This document shows positions 47,140 through 55,396 of a DNA stretch of 64,000 nucleotides, piece after piece. Position numbers and translations under genes: made by a program. This DNA is from an uncultured Clostridia bacterium (GTDB lineage: Bacteria; Bacillota; Clostridia; Christensenellales; CAG-138). Every line of letters begins with the position of its first letter. Positions within the stretch are counted from its first letter, which is position 1. The stretch covers positions 3,168 through 67,167 of the forward strand of contig CAMKES010000001.1 in assembly GCA_946411635.1 (NCBI GenBank), in the 5' to 3' direction. A model generated the notes under the pieces. It had not been told where the DNA came from. It saw only the letters and a program-made list of their open reading frames with translations, and did not search any database.

Positions 47140-47658
47140 ATGGCAAATGCAAAGATTCTCGAAATGAAGGCTGCAAAAGTCGCGGAAGTTGCGGACAAAG
47201 TCAAGCAGGCAAAGTCCGTGATCCTGTTCGACTACCGCGGTCTGACCGTCGCCGAGGATACCGCGCTGCGTGCCGAATTGCGCAAGGAAAACGTTGAGTA
47301 CGTCGTTCTGAAGAACCACTGTGTCCGCCGTGCTTTTGATCAGCTCGGACTCGAAGGCGCAGACGACATGCTCCACGGCACCAATGCGTTCGCATTCGGT
47401 TACGAGGATGCGGTAGCCCCTGCAAGAGTGCTGAAGAACTTCATCAAGAAGGCGAAGAAGTGCGAATTCAAGGGCGGTATCGTAGAAGGCAAGGTCACGT
47501 CGCCGGCGGAAGTCGAAGCGATCGCAGATCTGCCGAGCCGCGAAGTGCTCATCGCACGTATGCTGGGCAGCATGATGTCGCCGATCTCCGGTCTCGCAAT
47601 CGTGCTCGACCAGATCGCAAAGAAGCTCGATCCCAACGCTGCTTCCGCGGAAGCATAA
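47140..47658 (+). CDS. rplJ: 50S ribosomal protein L10
   Basis: MANAKILEMKAAKVAEVADKVKQAKSVILFDYRGLTVAEDTALR.. Confidence 0.95.
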   Translation: MANAKILEMKAAKVAEVADKVKQAKSVILFDYRGLTVAEDTALRAELRKENVEYVVLKNHCVRRAFDQLGLEGADDMLHGTNAFAFGYEDAVAPARVLKNFIKKAKKCEFKGGIVEGKVTSPAEVEAIADLPSREVLIARMLGSMMSPISGLAIVLDQIAKKLDPNAASAEA

Positions 47659-47724
47659 CAACCGAAACGGCAATGCCGTACAAACCACAAAATTCAAAAA
47701 TCAAATTTTTAAAGGAGAACTATC

Positions 47725-48093
47725 ATGAATAAGGAACAACTGATCGCCGATATTAAGGCAATGTCCGTTTTGGAACTTCACGAACTCGTCAAGGCTCTCG
47801 AAGAGGAGTTCGGCGTGTCCGCAGCAGCAACCGCAGTCGCAGTCGCAGGCCCCGTCGCCGCAGCTGAAGAAGTCGAAGAGAAGACCGAGTTCGACGTCAT
47901 CCTCAAGGAGATCGGACCGGAGAAGATCAAGGTCATCAAGGTCGTCCGTGAGCAGACCGGCCTCGGCCTGAAGGAAGCCAAGGAAGTTGTCGACAACGCG
48001 CCCAAGGCCGTCAAGGAAGGCATCTCCAAGGAAGACGCAGAGAAGCTCGTTGCCGCGTTCAAGGAAGTCGGCGCAACCTGCGAAATCAAATAA
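47725..48093 (+). CDS. rplL: 50S ribosomal protein L7/L12
   Basis: ..[41 protein letters not shown].. Confidence 0.97.
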   Translation: MNKEQLIADIKAMSVLELHELVKALEEEFGVSAAATAVAVAGPVAAAEEVEEKTEFDVILKEIGPEKIKVIKVVREQTGLGLKEAKEVVDNAPKAVKEGISKEDAEKLVAAFKEVGATCEIK

Positions 48094-48108
48094 TTGCACC
48101 TCAAAATC

Positions 48109-48138
48109 AAAAAGCGGGTTTTACCCGCTTTTTCTTTT
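48109..48138 (+). terminator. Rho-independent terminator of rplJL
   Basis: aaagcgggt-ttt-acccgcttt followed by T's. Confidence 0.8.
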
Positions 48139-48147
48139 ATCCGCACG

Positions 48148-48178
48148 AAAAAAGCCTCCCTGTCCGGGAGGCTTTTTG
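48148..48178. terminator. Second hairpin, serving the convergent minus-strand gene
   Basis: agcctccc-tgtcc-gggaggct flanked by an A5 run and a T5 run. Confidence 0.7.
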
Positions 48179-48179
48179 C

Positions 48180-48812
48180 TTACGCAAAGAATTTGGCGAA
48201 CGCTTCCGTCAGGATCGGGAACTTGCCGGAGAAGCAGATCAGCACGAACACCGCCGCCGCGAGCAGGATGACGTAGCAGATCAGCCGCATAATGAGGAAG
48301 GCGAGAGAGAAGCGCTTGCGCGAGATATTCTTCGTCTTGCCGCAGCCCCAGACGATCATGAACACGAGACCGACGACCGGGATCGCGAACAGCAGCGTCG
48401 TAAAGATATATCCCGCGGTCGTCATCAGCGAGCGCGTGTCCGTCGCAAGCACCGGCGTTTCCGTGCGGACCGGTTCGGGCGCGGGAACGACGGCCGGTTC
48501 GGGCGCGGGAACGACGGCCGGTTCGGGCGCGGGCGCAACGATCGGTTCGGGCTCGGGCACGGGTTCCGGCTCGGGCTCCGCTTCCGGTTCGGGCTCCGGC
48601 TCGACAGCGGGTTCAAAGACGGCTTCCGGCTCCGGAACGGGTTCCGGCTCCGGCTCGGCTGCCGCTTCCGGCTCGGGAACGATTTCCACGACCGGCTCGG
48701 CCTGCTCGGCCGGTTCGACGACGGCTTCGACGTCCAGCAGGGACGCGCCGCAGTAATAGCAGAACTTTGCCTGATCGGTCAGGCCTTTTTGACAAACGGG
48801 ACAGGTTTTCAT
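48180..48812 (-). CDS. Zinc-ribbon protein with P/E-rich linker and C-terminal multi-TM domain
   Basis: [36 protein letters not shown] repeats. Then three or four TM segments. Confidence 0.7.
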   Translation of the reverse strand: MKTCPVCQKGLTDQAKFCYYCGASLLDVEAVVEPAEQAEPVVEIVPEPEAAAEPEPEPVPEPEAVFEPAVEPEPEPEAEPEPEPVPEPEPIVAPAPEPAVVPAPEPAVVPAPEPVRTETPVLATDTRSLMTTAGYIFTTLLFAIPVVGLVFMIVWGCGKTKNISRKRFSLAFLIMRLICYVILLAAAVFVLICFSGKFPILTEAFAKFFA

Positions 48813-49774
48813 GGGGTCTCCTTTCGTGATACGCCGACGGCAACGTTTTGGCCGTCAAGTCGGAATGTGATGGAACCGTCCAGATCGGTGCGGTAAAACG
48901 CCGTATGGGTCTCATACAGCAGCGAAAGCGTTTCCGGGTGCGGATGCCCGTAATCGTTGTCCGCGCCGCACGAAGCGACCGCAAAGTCGGGATCGACGGC
49001 AAGGAAGAACGACGGACCCGTCGAGCTCGACGAGCCGTGATGTCCGAGCTTCAGCACATTTGCGTGAAGCATGCTCTTCGGAAACGCGTTCAGCATGCGC
49101 GTCTCCGACGTTTCCTCGGCGTCGCCCGCAAGGAGCACGGCGGTATCGCCGTAACGCACGTGCAGCACGATCGACCGGTCGTTCATCCCGACCGGTTCGT
49201 TCTCATACGCGATCGGCGCGAGGACCGTGACCGTGCAGCCGTCGTCCCAGGGGATCGTCATGCCGGCCTTCACGATACAGACCGCACAGCCGTTGCGATC
49301 GAGCGCGGCTGTCATCGCGGCGTACCAGCTCGTCGGCTGTTCGTCCGCGATCGTATAGAATGTTCCGACCGGGTACGCGCCGAGCACCGCCGCCATCGAA
49401 CCGATGTGGTCCTCGTGCGGGTGTGTGGCAACGACCGCATCCAGCCGTTCCGCGCCGCTTTCGCGGATCGCCGCGTCGATGCGGCCGAACGAACCGGACG
49501 GCCCCGCGTCGACCAGCATCGTCTTTCCCGAAGGAGAGACGAGAAGAATGCAGTCGCCCTGCCCGACGTCCAGGACCGTGACGGTCAGCGCAGGCTCCGA
49601 AACGGCGGGGAACGCCGTCGGCCGCTGCGCGATCAGCTTTTCGGACAGCGCATCGCGCTCCGCCTGCCGCGCGTCCGGATCGTTCGCGTGCAGACAAGCA
49701 TGCAGTCCGGAGCACGCGGACAGCAGCAGGAGCAGCGAAAGAAACAGGGCGAGCCTGCAAAGCGACGGTTTCAT
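48809..49774 (-). CDS. Lipoprotein, ComEC C-terminal-like metallo-beta-lactamase-fold hydrolase
   Basis: Lipobox LLLLSAC|[30 protein letters not shown].. Confidence 0.8.
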   Translation of the reverse strand: MKPSLCRLALFLSLLLLLSACSGLHACLHANDPDARQAERDALSEKLIAQRPTAFPAVSEPALTVTVLDVGQGDCILLVSPSGKTMLVDAGPSGSFGRIDAAIRESGAERLDAVVATHPHEDHIGSMAAVLGAYPVGTFYTIADEQPTSWYAAMTAALDRNGCAVCIVKAGMTIPWDDGCTVTVLAPIAYENEPVGMNDRSIVLHVRYGDTAVLLAGDAEETSETRMLNAFPKSMLHANVLKLGHHGSSSSTGPSFFLAVDPDFAVASCGADNDYGHPHPETLSLLYETHTAFYRTDLDGSITFRLDGQNVAVGVSRKETP

Positions 49775-49781
49775 ACCGATA

Positions 49782-49937
49782 TTATACAATACTTCCGCAC
49801 GCATTGCAAGCGTGCGGGACGGCGGTTTGCGGCATTTCCTTTTTCCGCGGGTCCCTTGCGGCGCTGCCGCAGACCGTCCGCGCGATCTCGCCGCGCAGGC
49901 GGCGCATCAGAAACCGATACCGGATGCGTTCGATCAT
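49782..49937 (-). CDS. Small basic ORF (51 aa) upstream of the MBL lipoprotein gene
   Basis: GGGAGGA lies 7 nt before the ATG. Translation is MIERIRYRFLMRRLRGEIARTVCGSAARDPRKKEMPQTAVPHACNACGSIV. The stop is 8 nt before the next start. Confidence 0.3.
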   Translation of the reverse strand: MIERIRYRFLMRRLRGEIARTVCGSAARDPRKKEMPQTAVPHACNACGSIV

Positions 49938-50014
49938 TTGTTTGTCCTCCCGTTTATTTTCGGGATCAGTATACGAAAGCACCTGTCCGTTAAACGGGAA
50001 AACGGAAGATCCGA

Positions 50015-50043
50015 TTGCAAACCGCGTTTTCGAGTGGTATACT
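50015..50043 (+). promoter_or_regulatory. Sigma-A promoter (extended -10)
   Basis: TTGCAA-17 nt-(TGG)TATACT. Confidence 0.6.
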
Positions 50044-50074
50044 GAATACAAAGGATACCGAATCACAGGAGGGC

Positions 50075-51082
50075 ATGATGAGAAAGATCGTTGTATGGCT
50101 GCTTTGCGCCGTAATGCTGCTGTGCGTCGCCTGCGCCGAAAAGCCGGACGCCGGAAACGAACCGGAAAAGTCGGAGGCGCCCGTCGTCGAACAGCCGACC
50201 GAAGCGCCCACGCCGGAACCGGCCGGGGAAGATCCGACCGCCGAACCGGAACCGACCGAAACGCCGGATCAGCCCGCTACAGAGGAGCCGGAGCCGACCG
50301 AAGCGCCCACGCCGGAACCGGCCGCCGACCTTCCGAAGATCTTCGATCTGTATGAAGACGTCGGTCTGGACGTCAGCGAAGCCGAGATGTTCCGTTACGA
50401 CATCGACTTCGACGGCAAGGAAGAGGTCATCTCGTTCCGCCTTGACACGGAGGAGGACACCACGACGATCCTCATCGACGATCAGGAGGTCTTGTTCGAT
50501 ACCAGCTCCATGCTGAGCCAGGTCGTTCTGATCGATCTGGATCCGAATACGCCGTACGTGAACCTGCTCGTTGAGATCGACTGGGGTTCGGACGATTATA
50601 TCACCACCGAGGTGCACATGAAGGACGGAAAGCCGGTCAAGGGCGTTGAAACGAACGGCATCCGGATCGACGAAGACGGTCGCGTGATCGTGTATGAGCG
50701 CTGCGAGTTCCTCGGAACGAGATTCTTTGGCTGCGTTGCGCAAGGGGAATCGCTGACGGCGGAGTTCGAGGACTGGTACGATTGCGTGATCCCGACGGAA
50801 GAGGAGATCCGGGACGAATTTGACATACTCGTCGAATTCGGCGACCTGCTGCACACCACGCGGGAGGTCCCCTGCACGATCAACGGCAAGAACGCAAAGC
50901 TCGCGAAGAATACGTACATCTACGTTCTTCGCATCAATCCGGGCGAGCAGATCGCCGAGGTCTCCACGCTCGACGGAAAGGTCGCGGTCCTTGCGTACAC
51001 GATCGACGAGGACTACTGGCCGTACCGGATCAACGGCGTTCCGCAGGACGATTGCTTCGACAATATCCTGCACGCCGACTGA
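50075..51082 (+). CDS. Lipoprotein with P/T/E-rich linker, unknown C-terminal domain
   Basis: Lipobox LLCVAC|A. The linker is PTEAPTPEPAGEDPTAEPEPTETP.., followed by a ~250-aa acidic domain. Confidence 0.7.
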   Translation: MMRKIVVWLLCAVMLLCVACAEKPDAGNEPEKSEAPVVEQPTEAPTPEPAGEDPTAEPEPTETPDQPATEEPEPTEAPTPEPAADLPKIFDLYEDVGLDVSEAEMFRYDIDFDGKEEVISFRLDTEEDTTTILIDDQEVLFDTSSMLSQVVLIDLDPNTPYVNLLVEIDWGSDDYITTEVHMKDGKPVKGVETNGIRIDEDGRVIVYERCEFLGTRFFGCVAQGESLTAEFEDWYDCVIPTEEEIRDEFDILVEFGDLLHTTREVPCTINGKNAKLAKNTYIYVLRINPGEQIAEVSTLDGKVAVLAYTIDEDYWPYRINGVPQDDCFDNILHAD

Positions 51083-51092
51083 CGCGATAAGC

Positions 51093-51130
51093 AAAAGCCG
51101 CAGGAGCGCTCCTGCGGCTTTTTTCTTTTG
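51093..51130. terminator. Bidirectional terminator
   Basis: aagccgcagga-gcg-ctcctgcggctt flanked by A and T runs. Confidence 0.8.
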
Positions 51131-51136
51131 CGCGGT

Positions 51137-51412
51137 TTACGAGCGATGCTCGACGAAATGACAGGCGTAGGGGAGATTGCCGACGTCGGTAAAGACGCGG
51201 CGAAGCGTTTTCGCGTAGTCGCCGAGCGCTTCGTCCATAAAGTCGCCGTTGATCAGCACGACCCAGACGTTCCGCGAAAGATCGGTCAGGCAGTCGTGCA
51301 GCGCGTCGAGATTGTTCCCGTAATAATCGGGAAACCGCAGCGTCGCGGCAAGATACCGGTGCGTTTCCTCGATCGAGGTCATGCGTCGTCCGTCGATGAT
51401 GATGAATTCCAT
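51137..51412 (-). CDS. Barstar-family ribonuclease inhibitor
   Basis: 91 aa. MEFIIIDGRRMTSIEETHRYLAATLRFPDYYGNNLDALHDCLTD, the barstar YYG.NLDAL.DCLT signature. Confidence 0.85.
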   Translation of the reverse strand: MEFIIIDGRRMTSIEETHRYLAATLRFPDYYGNNLDALHDCLTDLSRNVWVVLINGDFMDEALGDYAKTLRRVFTDVGNLPYACHFVEHRS

Positions 51413-51413
51413 G

Positions 51414-51917
51414 TTATTCCTCCCCGTACAGCAGCGTAAACGATTCGTAATGATCGTCGGTGTAGTAGATCAGTCCGTCGTTGCTGAACACGATCCGCTT
51501 TTCGCCGCGGCGCTTCCTGCCGCGCGTGTCGATGTCGCATTCGGTGTATTTGCGATCCTTTTTCTTCGGCAGAAGTCCTTCGTAGTTCCCGAAGTATCCG
51601 CCGCCGATCGAGCAGCCCGGCGCGTACGGCTCCAGCGAACCGCCCGGCCAGCCGAGAGCTTCCGCCTGTTCCTTCGTGATGTAGTTTTTCGGCAGATGCC
51701 CGTAAAGATGGATGTACAGCGCGACCTCGTCCTTCGTCCAGTATTCGCCGTCCTCGGATACGGGACACGGCGTGTCGGTCGGTTCTTCGGTCGGCGCCTC
51801 GGTCGGCTCTTCGGTCGGCTCCGCGGGTTCGGGCGCGGTCTTTTTGACGCAGCCGAACAGCGACGCGAGCAGCAGAACGAGGAGCAGCAAACTCAGGATT
51901 CTTGCGTGTTTTTTCAT
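51414..51917 (-). CDS. Secreted or lipid-anchored barnase-type (microbial N1/T1 superfamily) ribonuclease
   Basis: Lipobox LASLFGC|V and a PTEEPTEA linker. The barnase-like core is ITKEQAEALGW..GCSIGGGYFGNYEGLLP..YTECDID..RGEKRIVFSNDGLIYYTDDHYESF. Confidence 0.8.
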   Translation of the reverse strand: MKKHARILSLLLLVLLLASLFGCVKKTAPEPAEPTEEPTEAPTEEPTDTPCPVSEDGEYWTKDEVALYIHLYGHLPKNYITKEQAEALGWPGGSLEPYAPGCSIGGGYFGNYEGLLPKKKDRKYTECDIDTRGRKRRGEKRIVFSNDGLIYYTDDHYESFTLLYGEE

Positions 51918-52061
51918 ATCGTTCCTCCGATACGGCTATTATACCACGCGCTCCGCCGGATAGGAAGACTTTTTTGCAGTCCGGTATATCGGCGGCTTTC
52001 GTATCGAAAAAAGCCCCGGAGGGATTCCGGAGACTTTAGCGTTTCAAGGGAAGACGGGGGA

Positions 52062-52460
52062 TCAGGCGTTTTGTCGATTTCGCTTTTCGTCGACCTTCTT
52101 CATGAACTTCTCGTACTGGATGACAAAACGCTCGTGTGTGCCTTCGCCGACCAAACCGAAGGGATCGAACACCCTGACGTCGAAGACCAGGCGCCTGCAA
52201 TCCACAAGCGTCAGTTCGGTTTCGCAGGTGACTGTGAGCCCCACGGGCGTCGCCGCGACGTGGCGGACGTTCAGCGCCGTGCCGACGGTTCCTTCGCCGG
52301 GTTCGAGATACGGCGCGACGCTTTTCCAGCACGTTTCCTCGATCAGCGCGATCATGGCGGGCGTGGCGAACACGTCAAGCTCGCCGCTGCCGACGGCGCC
52401 GGCGCACTTGTCTGTCGTTACCGTCAGTTCGATCTTTCCTTTGATTCCGGTTTCCAGCAT
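52062..52460 (-). CDS. Hotdog-fold thioesterase
   Basis: 132 aa. GSGELDVFATPAMIALIEETC..HVAATPVG..DCRRLVFDVRVFD pattern. RBS AAAGGAGA. Confidence 0.7.
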   Translation of the reverse strand: MLETGIKGKIELTVTTDKCAGAVGSGELDVFATPAMIALIEETCWKSVAPYLEPGEGTVGTALNVRHVAATPVGLTVTCETELTLVDCRRLVFDVRVFDPFGLVGEGTHERFVIQYEKFMKKVDEKRNRQNA

Positions 52461-52540
52461 AATGATCTCCTTTTCAAATGGATTGATGGCTGCATTATAC
52501 CATACGCCTGCCCGGAGAGCAACACAAACCGCCGAATGCA

Positions 52541-52581
52541 CCGGATCCGGTGTTGACAAATCCGGATCCGCATGCTATCAT
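52541..52581 (+). promoter_or_regulatory. Sigma-A promoter flanked by two copies of a CCGGATCCG(G) palindrome
   Basis: TTGACA (52553-52558)-17 nt-TATCAT (52576-52581). CCGGATCCGG lies at 52541-52550 and CCGGATCCG at 52562-52570 (21 bp apart), bracketing the -35. Confidence 0.6.
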
Positions 52582-52716
52582 CACCTTGCCTATAAAGAGT
52601 GCGCGAGAGACAAGCTCGTTGACCGCACGACAACCTGCCTTCGGGTAAGGTGCCAAAGCTTGACCGATGGGTTTGATCAAATCATGCTGCACCCGTCGGG
52701 AACGATGGGTGCTTTT
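52582..52716 (+). ncRNA. Structured leader with mutually exclusive antiterminator and terminator (riboswitch or attenuator of unassigned class)
   Basis: Long-range helix caccttgcc (52582-90) / ggtaaggtg (52644-52). Inner helix gtgcg/cgcac with cgag/ctcg. Terminator gcacccgtcg-GGAA-cgatgggtgc plus TTTT (52689-52716). An upstream copy of cgatgggt (52665-72) can pair with acccgtcg (52691-98) instead. Confidence 0.5.
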
Positions 52717-52757
52717 GTGTGCTTCGAATAGGCGAAAAACCAAAGGAGGACACAAAC

Positions 52758-53132
52758 ATGCGAACCATCAAAGACCTGCTCCGATACGAGGGCAAACTCA
52801 TCGTTTACTTCTCATCCAAAAACGTCTGTAAACTGTTTCAGCAAAGGGCCGAGGAGGAAGGCTTCACATACGGCGACGGCGTCAAGCCGACCGAACGGGA
52901 TACGACGGATCTGATTTGCATCACACACAACTTCACGATCTGCTGTCTCGGATGCAGCGGGCATCTTGCGTTCCGCACCGCGGGGTGGCGTTCACCGGTG
53001 AACGTGACGTACGTCGATTACGGAAAATACGCCGTCGGCGAGAAGAATTTCATCATCAAACGGGTCAAGGCGTCCGGGAAATTCCGGCGCGGGAATCCGA
53101 TCCGGCGATTGATGCAAAAAACCGCCGAATAA
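52758..53132 (+). CDS. Hypothetical protein (124 aa)
   Basis: AAAGGAGGA RBS. Translation begins MRTIKDLLRYEGKLIVYFSSKNVCKLFQQRAEEEGFTYGDG.. No family recognised. Confidence 0.6.
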   Translation: MRTIKDLLRYEGKLIVYFSSKNVCKLFQQRAEEEGFTYGDGVKPTERDTTDLICITHNFTICCLGCSGHLAFRTAGWRSPVNVTYVDYGKYAVGEKNFIIKRVKASGKFRRGNPIRRLMQKTAE

Positions 53133-53144
53133 GGGGGTGCGTGC

Positions 53145-53645
53145 ATGAAACTGTTTTATCAATTTGAAAAGCCGGATCCGCAGAAGATCATCGAAGGGGT
53201 AAAGCGTGCGTACGGCACGGCGCATCCGGAGCGGATCCATGGCTTCATGGGTACGTTCCTTGCGGCGCATCTTGACGTATTCGTTACGGATGAGGTCGCG
53301 GATCTGGCGGAACATCGCAATGAGTTCCGGGCGTTTCTGGACGACTGCATTACACGCTTCTATCACGACGACTACGGGTACGTTACATGGAGCGAATCCA
53401 TGAACAACGGAGAGAATCGTTACCTTAGCGGCTCGACGAGTTGGATGATTGCAAGATACGGCTTCCAATCGGAAAGAGCCATTGTGTTCGCAAACCTGTA
53501 TGATATGACGCTGATATCGTTCATAGAGGAAGACGTTTCGGAAATCTACGAGGAACAGTTCCGGAAAAGTCCGTATTGCACGAAAGGGACGCTTGACGAT
53601 CGGTTCCTGAACGAACTGAAGTACGTGAGACCGAAAACGAAATAA
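53145..53645 (+). CDS. Hypothetical protein (166 aa)
   Basis: AAGGGGG RBS, 12 nt after the previous stop. Translation begins MKLFYQFEKPDPQKIIEGVKRAYG and includes ITRFYHDDYGYVTWSES. No family recognised. Confidence 0.6.
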   Translation: MKLFYQFEKPDPQKIIEGVKRAYGTAHPERIHGFMGTFLAAHLDVFVTDEVADLAEHRNEFRAFLDDCITRFYHDDYGYVTWSESMNNGENRYLSGSTSWMIARYGFQSERAIVFANLYDMTLISFIEEDVSEIYEEQFRKSPYCTKGTLDDRFLNELKYVRPKTK

Positions 53646-53688
53646 AGGTTGTCAAGGGGACGGTTCTTTTGACACAAGGCCGTTTTGC

Positions 53689-53716
53689 GGCAAGGGTTTT
53701 GACCCTTGCCGTTTTT
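53689..53716 (+). terminator. Rho-independent terminator
   Basis: ggcaagggt-tttg-acccttgcc followed by GTTTTT. Confidence 0.75.
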
Positions 53717-54037
53717 CATTCCGAGCAAGCCGCGACGTTCGGGACGGATGCAGTTCCCGCTGTACTTCGGGCATGAAAAAAAGCCCCAAATCTGGGGCTT
53801 CTTTGGTACCCGGTACGGGTAAAAAATAGACCCAAAAGCACCTTTTTGCCCCCAAAACAGACCGTTTTTAAGGCAAAGCCACCATAAAAACCCGGCATCC
53901 CCCACGCGAAACTGCGGCTACTCCACTCCGCACTCCATTTTTGTAAATAGGGGATGTCCATTTCAGTTCCATTCTGTATTTGCATAAAAGAGTTTAGCAA
54001 GGATCCGCTTTTCTTTGAATGAATTGCCTCCACATGT

Positions 54038-54102
54038 TATCGGCAAAATATGAAAAACAATTGCAATATAATGTTGTAATTTTGCCGATACTGTGCTATA
54101 CT
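54038..54102 (+). promoter_or_regulatory. Fic-gene promoter embedded in a 12-bp inverted repeat
   Basis: TTGTAA (54074-79)-17 nt-(TGC)TATACT (54097-54102). TATCGGCAAAAT (54038-49) and ATTTTGCCGATA (54079-90) are perfect inverted copies, and the right arm overlaps the -35 and spacer. Confidence 0.5.
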
Positions 54103-54138
54103 ATACTTGACTTACGGGAAAGGCAGGAGAGAAAACGG

Positions 54139-55035
54139 ATGAAGTATCTGTCTGTAGCCGATGCGGCAAAGCGGTGGGGACTGTCCGAGCGCAGTGTGCG
54201 AAACTACTGTGCGCAGGGACGGGTCGACGGCGCGTTTCTGATGGGGAAGACATGGAACATTCCGGAAACGGCACAGAAGCCGGATCGCCTGAACAAGCAT
54301 TCAGAGCAGCCGTCGGATCTTTTGTCGCGCCTAAAAGTTGAGAAGAAGGCGAAACTGCACGGCGGGATCTATCATAAGATCCAGATTGATCTCACGTACA
54401 ACTCGAACCACATCGAAGGAAGTACGCTGACGCACGATCAGACGCGTTACATCTTCGAGACGAATACGATCGGCGCGGAAGGAACTGTCAAGGTGGATGA
54501 CGTCGTTGAGACGGCGAATCACTTTACGTGCATCGACATGATCATCGACAGTGCTGCTTATGCGCTGAGCGAGAGCTTCATCAAGCAGCTTCATGCGACT
54601 TTGAAAAACGGAACGTCTGATTCCCGTCAGGACTGGTTTGCTGTCGGCGAATATAAGCGCCTTCCGAACGAGGTGGGGGGCAAAGAGACAACGCCTCCGG
54701 AGCGCGTTGCCGCCGAGATGAAGAATCTTTTGAAGGAATACAACGCGATTGAGGAGAAGAGCTTTGACGATCTCCTTGCGTTTCATTACCGCTTTGAGTC
54801 GATCCATCCGTTTCAGGATGGCAACGGCCGTGTCGGACGTTTGATCCTGTTCAAAGAATGTTTGCGGAACGGCATCGTTCCGTTCATCATTACCGACGAT
54901 CTGAAGATGTACTATTATCGCGGCTTGAAGGAATGGAAGACCGAGCGCGGATATCTTCGTGACACCTGTCTTACCGCGCAGGATCGGTTCAAAAAAGTGC
55001 TGGAATACTTCCGGATCGACTGCGAACAGAAATAG
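54139..55035 (+). CDS. Fic-domain protein (AMPylase family) with N-terminal MerR/excisionase-type HTH
   Basis: HPFQDGNGRVGR matches the Fic motif HPFxxGNGRxxR. The N-terminus is LSVADAAKRWGLSERSVRNYCAQGRV. Confidence 0.85.
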   Translation: MKYLSVADAAKRWGLSERSVRNYCAQGRVDGAFLMGKTWNIPETAQKPDRLNKHSEQPSDLLSRLKVEKKAKLHGGIYHKIQIDLTYNSNHIEGSTLTHDQTRYIFETNTIGAEGTVKVDDVVETANHFTCIDMIIDSAAYALSESFIKQLHATLKNGTSDSRQDWFAVGEYKRLPNEVGGKETTPPERVAAEMKNLLKEYNAIEEKSFDDLLAFHYRFESIHPFQDGNGRVGRLILFKECLRNGIVPFIITDDLKMYYYRGLKEWKTERGYLRDTCLTAQDRFKKVLEYFRIDCEQK

Positions 55036-55379
55036 CATTTCTGCCGGTTTGTTTTACCGGGCCGTTTGTCATAATGATTTATAGAGGGAGAAATAGCCGT
55101 GCAAACGGCTGCCGAACTGCGCCCGTTAGTTTCTCTCTCGCTCCATACATCATGCACGATATCTCCGGACGCAGTTCATTTTTCCGAATCGGGAACACCA
55201 ACTGCAAAAACGACTGTCTCGCTTGCTGAGGCAGGCGTTTTTGTCTTTGGCGATCCCGGGTTGATTTTTGTTATCGTTTATGAAAAGACAGCATTATCAG
55301 TTTAGTATTGGGTATCTATTTCGCATGTTTTACCTCTTTTTGTTCATTATACACTTATTTGTGTTTTGTTTCCACAGAA

Positions 55380-55396
55380 ATTACAGTTTCATTACA
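55380..55396 (+). promoter_or_regulatory. Direct-repeat box ATTACA-N5-ATTACA upstream of the response-regulator gene
   Basis: ATTACAgtttcATTACA, then 32 nt, then TACACT (55429-34). ATG at 55463. Confidence 0.55.

Noticed and set aside
52582-52660. SAM-I riboswitch
   Set aside because: Only the CAACC..GGTGCCAA junction-like string resembles SAM-I. The kink-turn/GA motif, the GAGGGA..GCCC pseudoknot partners and a P1 closing with AGAUGAG-like sequence are absent. The downstream genes are not sulfur-metabolism genes.
53546-54033. Minus-strand ORFs of 119, 67 and 105 aa
   Set aside because: They overlap the 3' end of the 166-aa gene and terminator hairpins. They have odd W/F/G/K-rich compositions and no RBS.
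55099-55305. 68-aa ORF in the AT-rich spacer after the Fic gene
   Set aside because: It has a non-ATG start and no RBS, its composition does not look coding, and it lies in a spacer with a terminator-like hairpin.
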